Shown piece after piece: positions 9,663-19,114 of a stretch of DNA of 64,000 bases. The notes under the pieces are model-generated. The model was not told the DNA's origin, did no database searches, and saw only the letters and a program-made list of their open reading frames with translations. Position 1 is the first letter of the stretch; each line of letters begins with the position of its first letter. The stretch lies in the NCBI GenBank assembly GCA_964455585.1, contig CAYVXW010000005.1, positions 1,972 through 65,971 of the forward strand, given 5' to 3'. Position numbers and translations under genes: made by a program. The stretch comes from an uncultured Christensenella sp. (lineage in GTDB: Bacteria; Bacillota; Clostridia; Christensenellales; UBA1242).

Positions 9663-9848
9663 ATGGTTAAACAAAATAAAAGAGTTGTTGCAAACACAGT
9701 AATAACAAGAGAAAAAAATATTATAAAAAAGGCAGAATCCGATTTGGTAGATTTGAAAAATGCCGAATTGGACTTGACTCAATTTATTGCCGACCACAAA
9801 AAAATATTAGCAAGTTATGAGGAGACAAACAATGGAAAACAAGGTTAA
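9663..9848 (+). CDS. Hypothetical small protein
   Basis: ORF with RBS AAGGAG upstream. Confidence 0.35.
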   Translation: MVKQNKRVVANTVITREKNIIKKAESDLVDLKNAELDLTQFIADHKKILASYEETNNGKQG

Positions 9849-10116
9849 AAGTGCAAAGGTCTCTGATAAGTTAAAAAAAGAGAACGAAAAACTTAAGTTG
9901 GAAAATCAAAAATTGAGAGCAATAGCATTTTATCTTTTCAAAATTCATAGAGTTGCTCCAACGGGAAGAAAACTCAATAAGAGTGATGTTGAAATTGATA
10001 TTATGACTTTAGAAACTCTTGAGCATGTTATCAAAGAAAAAAACTCAAAACAAATTGAACAAGAATATAAACATGCGCTAACAAAAAGAATATTACAAAA
10101 AATTAAGAAAGGTTAA
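9832..10116 (+). CDS. Hypothetical coiled-coil protein
   Basis: Start placed at ATG 9832 behind GAGGAG. The track start 9817 is an alternative. Confidence 0.35.
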   Translation: MENKVKSAKVSDKLKKENEKLKLENQKLRAIAFYLFKIHRVAPTGRKLNKSDVEIDIMTLETLEHVIKEKNSKQIEQEYKHALTKRILQKIKKG

Positions 10117-10127
10117 TAGGTGAAAAA

Positions 10128-10310
10128 ATGAATGTAAGAGAAGCTATGGAGAAAAAGGGTAAATTAATCACAAGTCTTGACGAACTATTGACACAAGAAA
10201 ATGTTATTTTTGCAGGGAAACCAATTCCGATTTCGTGGTGTTATGGTTGGACACTGAAACAAGCAAAAAAGAACATAGATAGAAAACTTGTGTATGCCAT
10301 AAACGAATAG
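10128..10310 (+). CDS. Hypothetical small protein
   Basis: ORF in the operon; no motif recognised. Confidence 0.35.
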   Translation: MNVREAMEKKGKLITSLDELLTQENVIFAGKPIPISWCYGWTLKQAKKNIDRKLVYAINE

Positions 10311-10318
10311 GTTGCAGT

Positions 10319-12028
10319 ATGGCATACGGACAAATGAGTTTATTTGATGGCAGTAAAGATTTTGTGATAAATAAACCTATTAGATTAATTGAATTGTTTG
10401 CAGGATATGGTAGTCAGCACTTTGCTTTGAAATATCTAGGTTTAAATGTTGAAAGTTATAAAATTTGCGAATGGGCAGTTAAAAGTATTCAAGCTTATAA
10501 AGATGCACACTTTTCAAATGATAACACTGATTATTCTGAAACTTTGTCTTATGATGAAATTGTTCAATGCTTACTTAAATGGGGAATCAGTGCAAATTAT
10601 AACGAACCAATGGCAATAGACCAAATCAAAAGAATGGGTGAAGCAAAATGTAGACAAGTCTATAACAACATTAAAGCAACTCACAACCTAGTTAATATTC
10701 AACAAGTAAATGGTAAAGATCTTGAGATTGTTGATGTAGACAAATATACCTACATAATGACTTATTCGTTTCCTTGTCAAGATTTGAGTATGGCAGGGTT
10801 GAGAGAAGGTATGGCAAAGGGCAGTGGAACAAGAAGTGGGTTACTTTGGGAAGTTGAGAGAATTTTAGATGAAATTTCCTCAGCCGATAAAACTAAACTA
10901 CCACAAATTCTACTAATGGAAAATGTTCCAGAAGTTATAGGGAGTGCTAATATATCACATTTTGCTGATTGGTTAAAGAAATTGGAAGAGTTGGGTTATA
11001 GAAATTATAAACAAATACTTAATTCAAAAGATTATGGTGTCCCTCAAAACCGAGCAAGGTGCTTTATGATTAGTCTATTGGGTGATTACTATTATGGGTT
11101 TCCTCAGCCGATAAAACTAAATGACAAGTTAAAAGATATTCTCGAAGAGAATGTTCCAGAAAAGTATTATTTGTCTGAAAGAGCATTGAAAGGTTCTTTG
11201 AATACAAATTTTGCTTGTTCAAAACTTGAAAACAAACTGCCTAAAGACGGTATTATTCCTACACTTTGTGCAAGAGATTACAAGGATCCAAAATGTGTTA
11301 TGGTTGAAATTCCAAAGGTAAACATAAACGGAAAGGACTACGATGTTACGAAAAATTGCGAAAATTATATTGAGCGGCACCAAAAGGGTTTGTTAGATAT
11401 GGAGACTAGAGCATGGAAAGATAACAAAATCGCACCGACATTACACACAAATTGTGGAAAAACTAAAATTTTGGAAAGTCAAAATTTAAAAACAAAATTG
11501 TGTAACGACTTAATCACTAGTGGGAAAGTTAAGGAAGGTGATGTGATTAGACACTCGTATAGTTCAAGTCGTATGAAAAATTTTTATGTTTCTAATTCCG
11601 AAAACCCAGATTGCAGTCCAACACTTGATACAAGATGTGATTGCTTGGGTGTCGTTGTAAAAGTGAATAGCAATAATAAAAGATTACAAGACCTTGTTTC
11701 AAAGACACAATTTGGGGATGATACATTGGCTTTAGATTGTTATAACCAAACCACACATAAAGACTTTATGCAAACAATTAAAACTAGTATTGATACTAGT
11801 AATATGAATATGATTTATACCGATTATCGTATTCGAAAATTAACTCCTAGAGAGTGCTTTAGACTTATGGGAGTAAACGATATTGACTTTGATAAAATTG
11901 CTCAAAACCAATCAAATGCGAGTTTGTATCATCTTGCAGGAGATAGTATTGTTGTCAATGTCTTAATGGCAATTTTTAAACAAATGCTAAAAGGAGAAAA
12001 CAATGAAAACGACAAAATTACAAATTGA
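10319..12028 (+). CDS. DNA cytosine-5 methyltransferase with oversized target-recognition region
   Basis: Motif I LFAGYGS, IV SFPCQDLS, VI LMENV, VIII QNRARCF, IX RKLTPRECFRLMG, X AGDSIVVNV. About 260 aa lie between motifs VIII and IX. Confidence 0.85.
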   Translation: MAYGQMSLFDGSKDFVINKPIRLIELFAGYGSQHFALKYLGLNVESYKICEWAVKSIQAYKDAHFSNDNTDYSETLSYDEIVQCLLKWGISANYNEPMAIDQIKRMGEAKCRQVYNNIKATHNLVNIQQVNGKDLEIVDVDKYTYIMTYSFPCQDLSMAGLREGMAKGSGTRSGLLWEVERILDEISSADKTKLPQILLMENVPEVIGSANISHFADWLKKLEELGYRNYKQILNSKDYGVPQNRARCFMISLLGDYYYGFPQPIKLNDKLKDILEENVPEKYYLSERALKGSLNTNFACSKLENKLPKDGIIPTLCARDYKDPKCVMVEIPKVNINGKDYDVTKNCENYIERHQKGLLDMETRAWKDNKIAPTLHTNCGKTKILESQNLKTKLCNDLITSGKVKEGDVIRHSYSSSRMKNFYVSNSENPDCSPTLDTRCDCLGVVVKVNSNNKRLQDLVSKTQFGDDTLALDCYNQTTHKDFMQTIKTSIDTSNMNMIYTDYRIRKLTPRECFRLMGVNDIDFDKIAQNQSNASLYHLAGDSIVVNVLMAIFKQMLKGENNENDKITN

Positions 12029-12260
12029 AGCTAGAACTTCAACTATGGAGAAAACAATAAAAGGTCTCGGAATTGAAATAGGGGATATTGTAAGAGTTGG
12101 ACAAGCAATTCTAATATGCACAGAAAAATATGATCTTGTTGATTTTGCAAGTGGCAAATACTCTTCAAGTGTTCCTAATTTAATTTTAGGTATGGTGTCT
12201 GGGAAAAATGAATACACGGTCTTTAAAGTTTCAGAAATGGTGGTTTATACTCTGCAATGA
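12003..12260 (+). CDS. Hypothetical small protein
   Basis: RBS AAAGGAG. Overlaps the flanking methylase genes. Confidence 0.35.
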   Translation: MKTTKLQIEARTSTMEKTIKGLGIEIGDIVRVGQAILICTEKYDLVDFASGKYSSSVPNLILGMVSGKNEYTVFKVSEMVVYTLQ

Positions 12261-12991
12261 CACTTGGAAGATTTGAATTAAACAAAGTGTATAACGAAGA
12301 TTGTTATAAAGCAATCAAAGATATCCCAGACAAAAGCATTGATTGTATTTATGTTGATATTCCTTACTTGTTTATGGGGGGGGGTGGAGGCACCAGCCGA
12401 ATCGCACAGCAAGTAAGTAAAATGAAACAAGAACTCAAGGATAATAACATTTATGATGGTATTGATTACAAAATATTTGAAGATTTTGTTAGAGTTCTCA
12501 AAAAAATAAATTGTTTCATTTGGTGTAGTAAAGAACAAATTTATCCAATTTTAGATTGGTGGATGAAAAATACTGACTGCACCTATCAAATACTTTGTTG
12601 GTGTAAAACAAACCCTGTTCCAATGTGTAATGGTAATTGGTTAAGTGATATTGAATATTGTTTGTATTTTAATCGTGGAACGAAATTGAACGATGGAATA
12701 AAACATAAGAGTAAGTGGTATTTAAGTCCACTAAACCAAAAGGATAAAGATAGTTTTGGACATCCAACCATTAAGCCATTGCCATTGGTTGAAAGACACT
12801 TATTACATACAACACAACCAAATGAGATTATTGCAGATTTCTTTTGTGGTAGTGGAACTACTTGTGTTGCTTGTAAAAATAATGGAAGAAATTACATTGG
12901 TTTTGAAATCAATGAAGAGTGGTGGAAAGTTGCAGAGAATAGATTAAACAACATAGATTCTCGTGGGCAAATTAGTCTTTTCACCAAATAA
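12257..12991 (+). CDS. Beta-class N6-adenine/N4-cytosine DNA methyltransferase
   Basis: Motif IV DIPY near the N-terminus and motif I FFCGSGTT near the C-terminus (circularly permuted beta-class order). Confidence 0.8.
   Translation: MTLGRFELNKVYNEDCYKAIKDIPDKSIDCIYVDIPYLFMGGGGGTSRIAQQVSKMKQELKDNNIYDGIDYKIFEDFVRVLKKINCFIWCSKEQIYPILDWWMKNTDCTYQILCWCKTNPVPMCNGNWLSDIEYCLYFNRGTKLNDGIKHKSKWYLSPLNQKDKDSFGHPTIKPLPLVERHLLHTTQPNEIIADFFCGSGTTCVACKNNGRNYIGFEINEEWWKVAENRLNNIDSRGQISLFTK
12376..12384 (+). repeat. Poly-G tract (9 G) inside the N6/N4 methylase coding sequence
   Basis: Read directly: ATG GGG GGG GGT, encoding MGGG just after DIPY. Confidence 0.9.
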
Positions 12992-13001
12992 AGGAGAAAA
13001 A

Positions 13002-13250
13002 ATGGTAAAAGAAGAACAAAAAATTGTAAAAGAAACTTTGCGACAAGTAAAAAATAAGTCGGTTGTATTTGACTTAAAGAGATGTGTCAGTGATGTCGTG
13101 TGGAGAGTTTGCCCTATGTCTTACTTGCAAGGACTTTGGGAAGATTATCACATCGGAATGGATATGTTTGTAAATTACTTAACTGTAATCGCTGCAAAGA
13201 AACTAGGTAAAAGGGGTGTGAATTATGACATTAACAAATTCATTCAATGA
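13002..13250 (+). CDS. Hypothetical protein
   Basis: Start at ATG 13002 behind AAGGAG. Confidence 0.35.
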   Translation: MVKEEQKIVKETLRQVKNKSVVFDLKRCVSDVVWRVCPMSYLQGLWEDYHIGMDMFVNYLTVIAAKKLGKRGVNYDINKFIQ

Positions 13251-13677
13251 AACACCTAAAATAGTTAATAAAACTTGCAATGGCAAATGTTCTAGTTGTG
13301 GAGAGTGTTGTGCAGACATTCTCCCAATAGATGACTATGAAATAAAAAAAATAAAAGATTATATAAAAACACACCAAATAAAGGAATGCAAACATATTCC
13401 TGTCGTTTGCAATTATTCGGTGTTAGATTTGACTTGTCCGTTTAGAGACAATGAAAATAAAAAATGTGCAATATATCCAGTTAGACCAGCTATTTGCAGA
13501 TGTTTTATTTGCTCACAACCTGGACCGGATATTATGCGAAATAAATTATTGTTTCACAATAAAAAAGATGTCCATAGTATGAGACACGAATTCTTTGGTG
13601 GAGATGATCTCCCAACAATTATGGAAAAACTACAAGTCATGGTAATGAGTGGTTTTAAGGGGGGCAATTATGACTAA
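13225..13677 (+). CDS. YkgJ-type cysteine-cluster (CxxCxxCC) protein
   Basis: CSSCGECC followed by CPF...C..Y..RP..CR.F.C pattern. Confidence 0.5.
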   Translation: MTLTNSFNETPKIVNKTCNGKCSSCGECCADILPIDDYEIKKIKDYIKTHQIKECKHIPVVCNYSVLDLTCPFRDNENKKCAIYPVRPAICRCFICSQPGPDIMRNKLLFHNKKDVHSMRHEFFGGDDLPTIMEKLQVMVMSGFKGGNYD

Positions 13678-13822
13678 AGAAGAAATGGAAAAATATATTG
13701 AAGAAACAATGAACTTTTTCGTAATGAACGATCCCCAATTTTATAGTGTCAAAGAAAACTACGATTGGACAGTTAATTATATTAGAAAGACATTATATAA
13801 AAAATATAACATTAAGGAGTAG
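13670..13822 (+). CDS. Small hypothetical protein (50 aa, below ORF-track cutoff)
   Basis: ATG overlaps the upstream stop (TTATGA). MTKEEMEKYIEETMNFF... fills an otherwise empty gap. Confidence 0.3.
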   Translation: MTKEEMEKYIEETMNFFVMNDPQFYSVKENYDWTVNYIRKTLYKKYNIKE

Positions 13823-13824
13823 TT

Positions 13825-14208
13825 ATGGAGTTTATTAAACATTTGAAAAATATCTATAATGTAAATTCGGAAGAAAAGAGAAAAATATGCCTTATGTGTG
13901 GTGGTTTGTTGTCAGCAGATATCTTGCCACAAAAAAGCAATGGCATAGAGTTTAATAATGGTCTAATGCTATCTATTCAGGCTAGTTTTGGTCATTATTG
14001 TTTTCCTAGAAAGACCTTGCCATACAACCAATACAAATCAATGGAGTTTGCCTTATGTAATGAGCAAGATTTTGTCAATGTTAAAGAATATTTGAACACT
14101 GACGAATATGATACATATTTTGATGGCAGTGTTTATGGGTATGTTCCAATAGAATTGATTGAAAAATTATATCAAGCATTAAAGAGTAAGTATGGGTTAA
14201 AGAGGTAG
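13825..14208 (+). CDS. Hypothetical protein
   Basis: RBS AAGGAG; no motif recognised. Confidence 0.4.
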   Translation: MEFIKHLKNIYNVNSEEKRKICLMCGGLLSADILPQKSNGIEFNNGLMLSIQASFGHYCFPRKTLPYNQYKSMEFALCNEQDFVNVKEYLNTDEYDTYFDGSVYGYVPIELIEKLYQALKSKYGLKR

Positions 14209-14210
14209 TT

Positions 14211-14438
14211 ATGGAAGAAAGAAGATATTTAATAAAGTGTCCGTATTGTGGAAAAGAGCAATACTGCACAAAATCAATATTTCATAAAATGGGAATATAT
14301 GAAATGGGTAGTGGCAATTGCTTGGTATGTAAAAAACATATGCAAATTGTTTACAAACCTGTAAGTGACACAATGGAAACGAGAGAATGGGAAAAATTTG
14401 ATAAGGAGATAAGGGATAATGAGACAAATTCTAATTAG
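14211..14438 (+). CDS. Zinc-ribbon protein
   Basis: CPYCGK ... CLVCKK pair of CxxC motifs. Confidence 0.4.
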   Translation: MEERRYLIKCPYCGKEQYCTKSIFHKMGIYEMGSGNCLVCKKHMQIVYKPVSDTMETREWEKFDKEIRDNETNSN

Positions 14439-15033
14439 TATTCAACCTAAATGGGTTGCAAAAATACTCAATGGTGGCAAAACAATCGAAATTCGCAAAA
14501 CAATACCAAAATGCGAATTGCCTTGCAAGGTTTATATTTATTGCACAAAAAGTAAACCATATCTATATAGAGTAGATGATGACAACGAATTTGAAACAAG
14601 CAATGAACTAAAATTTGAGGAAGATTGTTTTGTTAAAAATTATAATGCTCTAAATGGTAAAGTTGTGGCAGAGTTTACATTGAATAAGGTTACAGAGCAT
14701 AAAAAGAACTTTATAGATTTTGCAGATAATAAGTGCTACAACTTTAAGGTTTGCGATGTTAAAAATGCAGGGTTTGATACCGATGTGTTATCACTTTGTG
14801 ATTTTGATAATTTTGTTGAATGGTATGGCAAAGGCAAACCTTTATATGCTTGGCATATTGACGACTTAAAAATCTATGACGAGCCAAAGGAATTGAGTGA
14901 GTTTGTGTTGCCAAATAAAAAGAATTGCAAAACTTGTTTTCTTTATCCAAATATGTGCAATAAAGTTTGTGAAGAAATCGAACAACACTTATTTAGACCA
15001 CCACAAAGTTGGTGTTATGTGGAGGTAGAATAA
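14419..15033 (+). CDS. ASCH-domain-like protein with C-terminal Cys cluster
   Basis: N-terminus ILISIQPKWVAKILNGGKTIEIRK resembles the ASCH fold start. C-terminal CKTC...C...C. Confidence 0.45.
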   Translation: MRQILISIQPKWVAKILNGGKTIEIRKTIPKCELPCKVYIYCTKSKPYLYRVDDDNEFETSNELKFEEDCFVKNYNALNGKVVAEFTLNKVTEHKKNFIDFADNKCYNFKVCDVKNAGFDTDVLSLCDFDNFVEWYGKGKPLYAWHIDDLKIYDEPKELSEFVLPNKKNCKTCFLYPNMCNKVCEEIEQHLFRPPQSWCYVEVE

Positions 15034-15632
15034 TGATTTGTTATGCGATTAAATACAAAAATAATGGCAGATACATAATATTCAAACAAGAGAATGTGTT
15101 TACACCATATGATGTAAATCCATCATATTCAGCGAGAGATATTTGCGATGCAAGTTTCTTTGATGATTACGAAACTGCACTATGCTACTGCCCTAGCGAT
15201 TGCAAAGTCGTCAAGGTCGAGATTAGAGAAAAACTAGAATGCGAACATTTATTGTCGGAAGTTGAATGGCAAGATTATTGTTCATATAAAAGAATTGAGT
15301 CACAAATTAAAGGTTGTTTAGATAGAGAAAAACAACTCACTGAAAGAATAAACGAGTATGAAAGTCTTATGAATAAATATAATGTTGAGGATTTAGAGCA
15401 TTTGGATTTGATGTTGTTTTGTTTAAGTAGTGAAACTAAATATAGGTTGGCAGAGATTAAAGAAAAACACAAGAAAGAACTCCAACAATCCCAAAACCAA
15501 ACGGCAATAGAGTGCTTGGAGAAATTAAGAAAAAAGTTTGAACCTCTTCGTCTTGATTTTTATTTGGCTGGCGAAGTTATGAATGAAATAGACAAGCAAA
15601 TCGCAGAGTTAAGGGGGAAAGAGAATGATTAA
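15033..15632 (+). CDS. Hypothetical protein
   Basis: Start at ATG 15033 behind GGAGG. Confidence 0.35.
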   Translation: MICYAIKYKNNGRYIIFKQENVFTPYDVNPSYSARDICDASFFDDYETALCYCPSDCKVVKVEIREKLECEHLLSEVEWQDYCSYKRIESQIKGCLDREKQLTERINEYESLMNKYNVEDLEHLDLMLFCLSSETKYRLAEIKEKHKKELQQSQNQTAIECLEKLRKKFEPLRLDFYLAGEVMNEIDKQIAELRGKEND

Positions 15633-15915
15633 AGAAACAAATCTTAAAATAGAATGCTGTGATATATATAACAAATTAAAAGACAAGTCTGAAATGATTG
15701 ATTATCTTTATATATCAAAAGTTCATATCAAAGAACTTACGGCACAACTCGCAGTAATGAAGAAAGCACTAGAATTGGCTTGCGACTATCTTGTTTCTAA
15801 TGGGGATGATGAACTATATTATTCAATTATAAACATATATGATGATGACGAATATTTGACAGCAAAAATAAATTATTTCATAACCAAAGCAAAGGAGATA
15901 TTGAAAGATGAGTAA
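15625..15915 (+). CDS. Hypothetical protein
   Basis: Translationally coupled ORF. Confidence 0.35.
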   Translation: MIKETNLKIECCDIYNKLKDKSEMIDYLYISKVHIKELTAQLAVMKKALELACDYLVSNGDDELYYSIINIYDDDEYLTAKINYFITKAKEILKDE

Positions 15916-16654
15916 AGTTTTAAAACCCTGTCATATATTAGATAGACTTCACGATTGGTTTGATTTATATAAAAATCAAAATTATGAAAGGGCTGAAAGA
16001 GAACTGAAACCAGCAATAGACGAATTATATGACTATCAGCAGAAAGACAAACAAATCGCAGATTTAAAACAACAGTTAGAGCATTACAAGGGAACTAAAC
16101 TTGAAGATTATTCAAATGAAATTCGAGAACTTAAACAAAAACTAGAAGCAAAAGACCGAAATGCTTTGGCTTTGTTTAGTGCTTTGTATGAAGTCCTTGA
16201 AAAGCAAGACCCCGAAAATGTGTCAAGTCGAATTGATTTCTTGACAAAACAGGACAATGGCAAAATTAATGATATTTACAAAGAATGTCGAGTGTTGAAG
16301 CAACAACTAGCCGAGTCGCAAGAAAAACTAGCAGATGCAGAAGAGCATATTGATAGCCTAGAATTGCAACTAAGAGAGCAATATCAAGTGGTTGATAAGA
16401 CAGATAGAGAAATTGCTAAATTAAAATCTATTAATATAGAGAAAATTTTAATAGAGAACGAAGAATTGAAATTCAAACTTAAAATTCAGCCACGAGAGAT
16501 TGTGGAGAAGATTAAACAACGACTTAGAGAGCAAGTTACTGAAATGAGCAATAACGAACATTGCTACTTGCAAAAGGCAGTTCGTTGGAATGACATAGTT
16601 CCAATTTTGGGGCAAATTCTAAAATCTTACGAGGAGAAAAGAGATGAAAAATAG
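15908..16654 (+). CDS. Hypothetical coiled-coil protein
   Basis: Heptad-rich, E/K/Q/L-rich sequence. Confidence 0.35.
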   Translation: MSKVLKPCHILDRLHDWFDLYKNQNYERAERELKPAIDELYDYQQKDKQIADLKQQLEHYKGTKLEDYSNEIRELKQKLEAKDRNALALFSALYEVLEKQDPENVSSRIDFLTKQDNGKINDIYKECRVLKQQLAESQEKLADAEEHIDSLELQLREQYQVVDKTDREIAKLKSINIEKILIENEELKFKLKIQPREIVEKIKQRLREQVTEMSNNEHCYLQKAVRWNDIVPILGQILKSYEEKRDEK

Positions 16655-17117
16655 ATATATATTAAAATTAATAATTAAAGATAGTGTAATGCCGGAAGGG
16701 CTATACGAACTAAAAGACACCAAAAGTGATTTTTATGCTATGATTGAGGGCAAAAGAGATGCGAAAAAGATTGTAAATCTACTTAACTCAAAAGAGCAAA
16801 TGATTAGGGATATGGAGAAAGATAATGATGAAACTATTATTGCTGGGTTGCAAGTGGTTAAAGATACCCTTATGTTACAAAATAAATGTTATGACCTATT
16901 AATAGATGATGTTGTATTAAGAATAGCACTAAAAATGGCATGTAGATATTTTCTTTATCCTAGTCACGAAGATAATAAGATATTGCAAAAAAGATTGAGC
17001 ATTTTGGATAAGTCTCCACGTTTAAAGGTTGACGAGGCCGCTAAATATTTTGAGGAGAAAGCAAGAAAAGAATGTAAAATAGGAGAAAAAGATTATGGCA
17101 AGAAAGAAAACGGATAA
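16644..17117 (+). CDS. Hypothetical protein
   Basis: Translationally coupled ORF behind GAGGAG. Confidence 0.35.
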   Translation: MKNRYILKLIIKDSVMPEGLYELKDTKSDFYAMIEGKRDAKKIVNLLNSKEQMIRDMEKDNDETIIAGLQVVKDTLMLQNKCYDLLIDDVVLRIALKMACRYFLYPSHEDNKILQKRLSILDKSPRLKVDEAAKYFEEKARKECKIGEKDYGKKENG

Positions 17118-18144
17118 TACTATAAATAATAGTAATAATAATAGTATTGATAATGTTGAGAAAAAGACTGAAAAGAAAAGAAATGGAATAAATAATCATC
17201 ATGGTGGAGCTGCAAACGATGGGCAACCACTTGTAAAGGTTGATGAAAACGGAAAACCACACAAATACGATAAATATGGAAATCTGGTTACCGAAAACAC
17301 TGGAAAGGGCAAGGGAATCACACTTAAAAATTATTATGCTTGTGCAAATAAAAACATTTCGGCGCCAATGCCAGAAGAGTTAATTCGCAACCTAACTCGA
17401 CCATATCACTCAATAAACGATATGCCAATAGAATATATATATAATAGTATTATAAATTATTTTATTAGTCTAACCGAGCCAGTGTATGAACGAGTTCCCA
17501 AACTAGATGAAAACGACAACCCAATATATGATAATTATGGTAAACCAATTCTTGAAACAAAACTCGTAAAATGCAACTACAAAAATGTTCCAACAATGTA
17601 TGGACTTGCTCAATCACTAGGTGTCGAAGTGAAAACTCTCTATGACTACCTTAATACTAAACAATTTAGTGATAACTCATTATATAATACTAATATTATT
17701 AATAATAAAAATAATGGTTATTCTAATCATCGTCAGACAACTTTGCCTAATAGTAGAAATAAAATAGTAGATTTGAGTGATTTTAATAATAATACTACTA
17801 AATTATTATATAATATTTATGGAGAAAGTATTTTTGAAGAGTGTAATAGGGTAAGGACTGAAAAAGATTACAAAATCGATCTACTCAAAAGGGCTAGAAC
17901 GGAAATTCTTAAGTATCACGAACAAAGATTAGGCACCAACGAAAATGTTTCAGGTTCTATGTTTGCCTTGCTCAACTCGAAAGATGGTTGGACAAACGAA
18001 CACAAGGTTACTGTGGAAGTTCCAAATTTATTGGGTGGCATTAAAACTCCGGAAGAGTTGGACAACCTTGCCGATGATGATGATAATATAATTGTTGTAG
18101 ACAACGGAGAAGGGGTTTTTGAAGTTCCAGATAGTCTTGACTAG
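17095..18144 (+). CDS. Terminase small subunit (P27/Terminase_2-like) with N-rich N-terminal extension
   Basis: HTH NVPTMYGLAQSLGVEVKTLYDYL. Later LKRARTEILKYHEQRL..NENVSGSMFALLNSKDGWTNEHKV matches the TerS pattern (agaiFaLKN..GW.D). Confidence 0.6.
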   Translation: MARKKTDNTINNSNNNSIDNVEKKTEKKRNGINNHHGGAANDGQPLVKVDENGKPHKYDKYGNLVTENTGKGKGITLKNYYACANKNISAPMPEELIRNLTRPYHSINDMPIEYIYNSIINYFISLTEPVYERVPKLDENDNPIYDNYGKPILETKLVKCNYKNVPTMYGLAQSLGVEVKTLYDYLNTKQFSDNSLYNTNIINNKNNGYSNHRQTTLPNSRNKIVDLSDFNNNTTKLLYNIYGESIFEECNRVRTEKDYKIDLLKRARTEILKYHEQRLGTNENVSGSMFALLNSKDGWTNEHKVTVEVPNLLGGIKTPEELDNLADDDDNIIVVDNGEGVFEVPDSLD

Positions 18145-18615
18145 AAAAAGTTTTGAGATATTCGCAAGAAAAAGATTTGTGATTTGTGAAAATATCAATT
18201 TTTTGGCACCTAGAAAGCACGAAAAAGATTTTTGCGATAAATTACCCTAGTCGGTGGTTAAAATGCCTAGAATGGCACAAAAACTAACGATTTAGGCATA
18301 TCTGAATACAAAAATAAAAGTAGGAGAAAAAGATTTCCTACTTTTTTACTAGAAAAAGATATGTTTGAGTGCGATAATTTTGATAAAAATGTTAACTTGC
18401 TGGTAATTTGTCGGCAAGTTGCTAATATCACTATTTATATATAGTATTAATAATAAATACTATTATTGCGAGAAAAAGATAGACATTTTAACTTGCTAAT
18501 AAGCATTTTTGAGAAAAAGATTGCCAAAACAATTGGAAAAAGATAAGAAAAAGATTTTCCGCCACCTTGCAAAAGATTTGTGGAAATGTGGAAAAAGATT
18601 TTCCAGGAAAAAGAT
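18143..18615 (+). repeat. Iteron array: 10 exact, same-strand copies of GAAAAAGAT plus 2 variants
   Basis: Exact copies start at 18168, 18221, 18326, 18352, 18472, 18513, 18536, 18547, 18591 and 18607. Non-coding region immediately after TerS. Confidence 0.85.
18320..18348 (+). terminator. Hairpin plus T-run after TerS
   Basis: GTAGGAGAAAAAGATTTCCTAC followed by TTTTTT. Confidence 0.45.
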
Positions 18616-18872
18616 TTATTAATGTATGGGGTGGAAATTTGCCCCAAAACAAAACCCGAAATTTTTAGGGGTGGATGTGTTCGGGGTAGTGGGTTATTTT
18701 TAGCACTAAAAAAAGAGAGCTTTACAAACTCCCTTTTGATTGTTTTATTATTTCATATTTTAGGTCTTTTATTTGTTTCATTTCTTGCATTTGTTTTTTG
18801 TTCTCCTTTATTACTTAAATTTTTTGTTTATGCCCTTTATAAAATTTGCTAATACTCCAATTATTATATATA

Positions 18873-19103
18873 TTAATTGCATAGTCTAAACGATCCACAA
18901 CTTAATTTTTTTAGTTGCTCTTGTGCTTTTTGTTCGGTTTCGTATATACTACAAAAATATAATTGATTATGATCATATGTTGCATAGCATTTTAAAATGT
19001 GGGCTTGTTCTTTTGTTCTTGATCCTTTATATGGTAAAATTTGCTTTTGTTCGATTGTTGCCATGTTGCCGAAATTGTCAAAATACTTTTTTATTGGTTG
19101 CAT
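18873..19103 (-). CDS. Hypothetical protein (accessory island)
   Basis: Strong RBS AGGAGG upstream on the minus strand. Confidence 0.45.
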   Translation of the reverse strand: MQPIKKYFDNFGNMATIEQKQILPYKGSRTKEQAHILKCYATYDHNQLYFCSIYETEQKAQEQLKKLSCGSFRLCN

Positions 19104-19114
19104 GTGTCCGCCTC

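Noticed and set aside
17095-17240. N-rich low-complexity N-terminus of TerS (NNSNNNSIDN) as a separate gene or repeat element
   Set aside because: It is in frame with a good RBS and continuous with the TerS domain. AT-rich codon bias explains the Asn runs.
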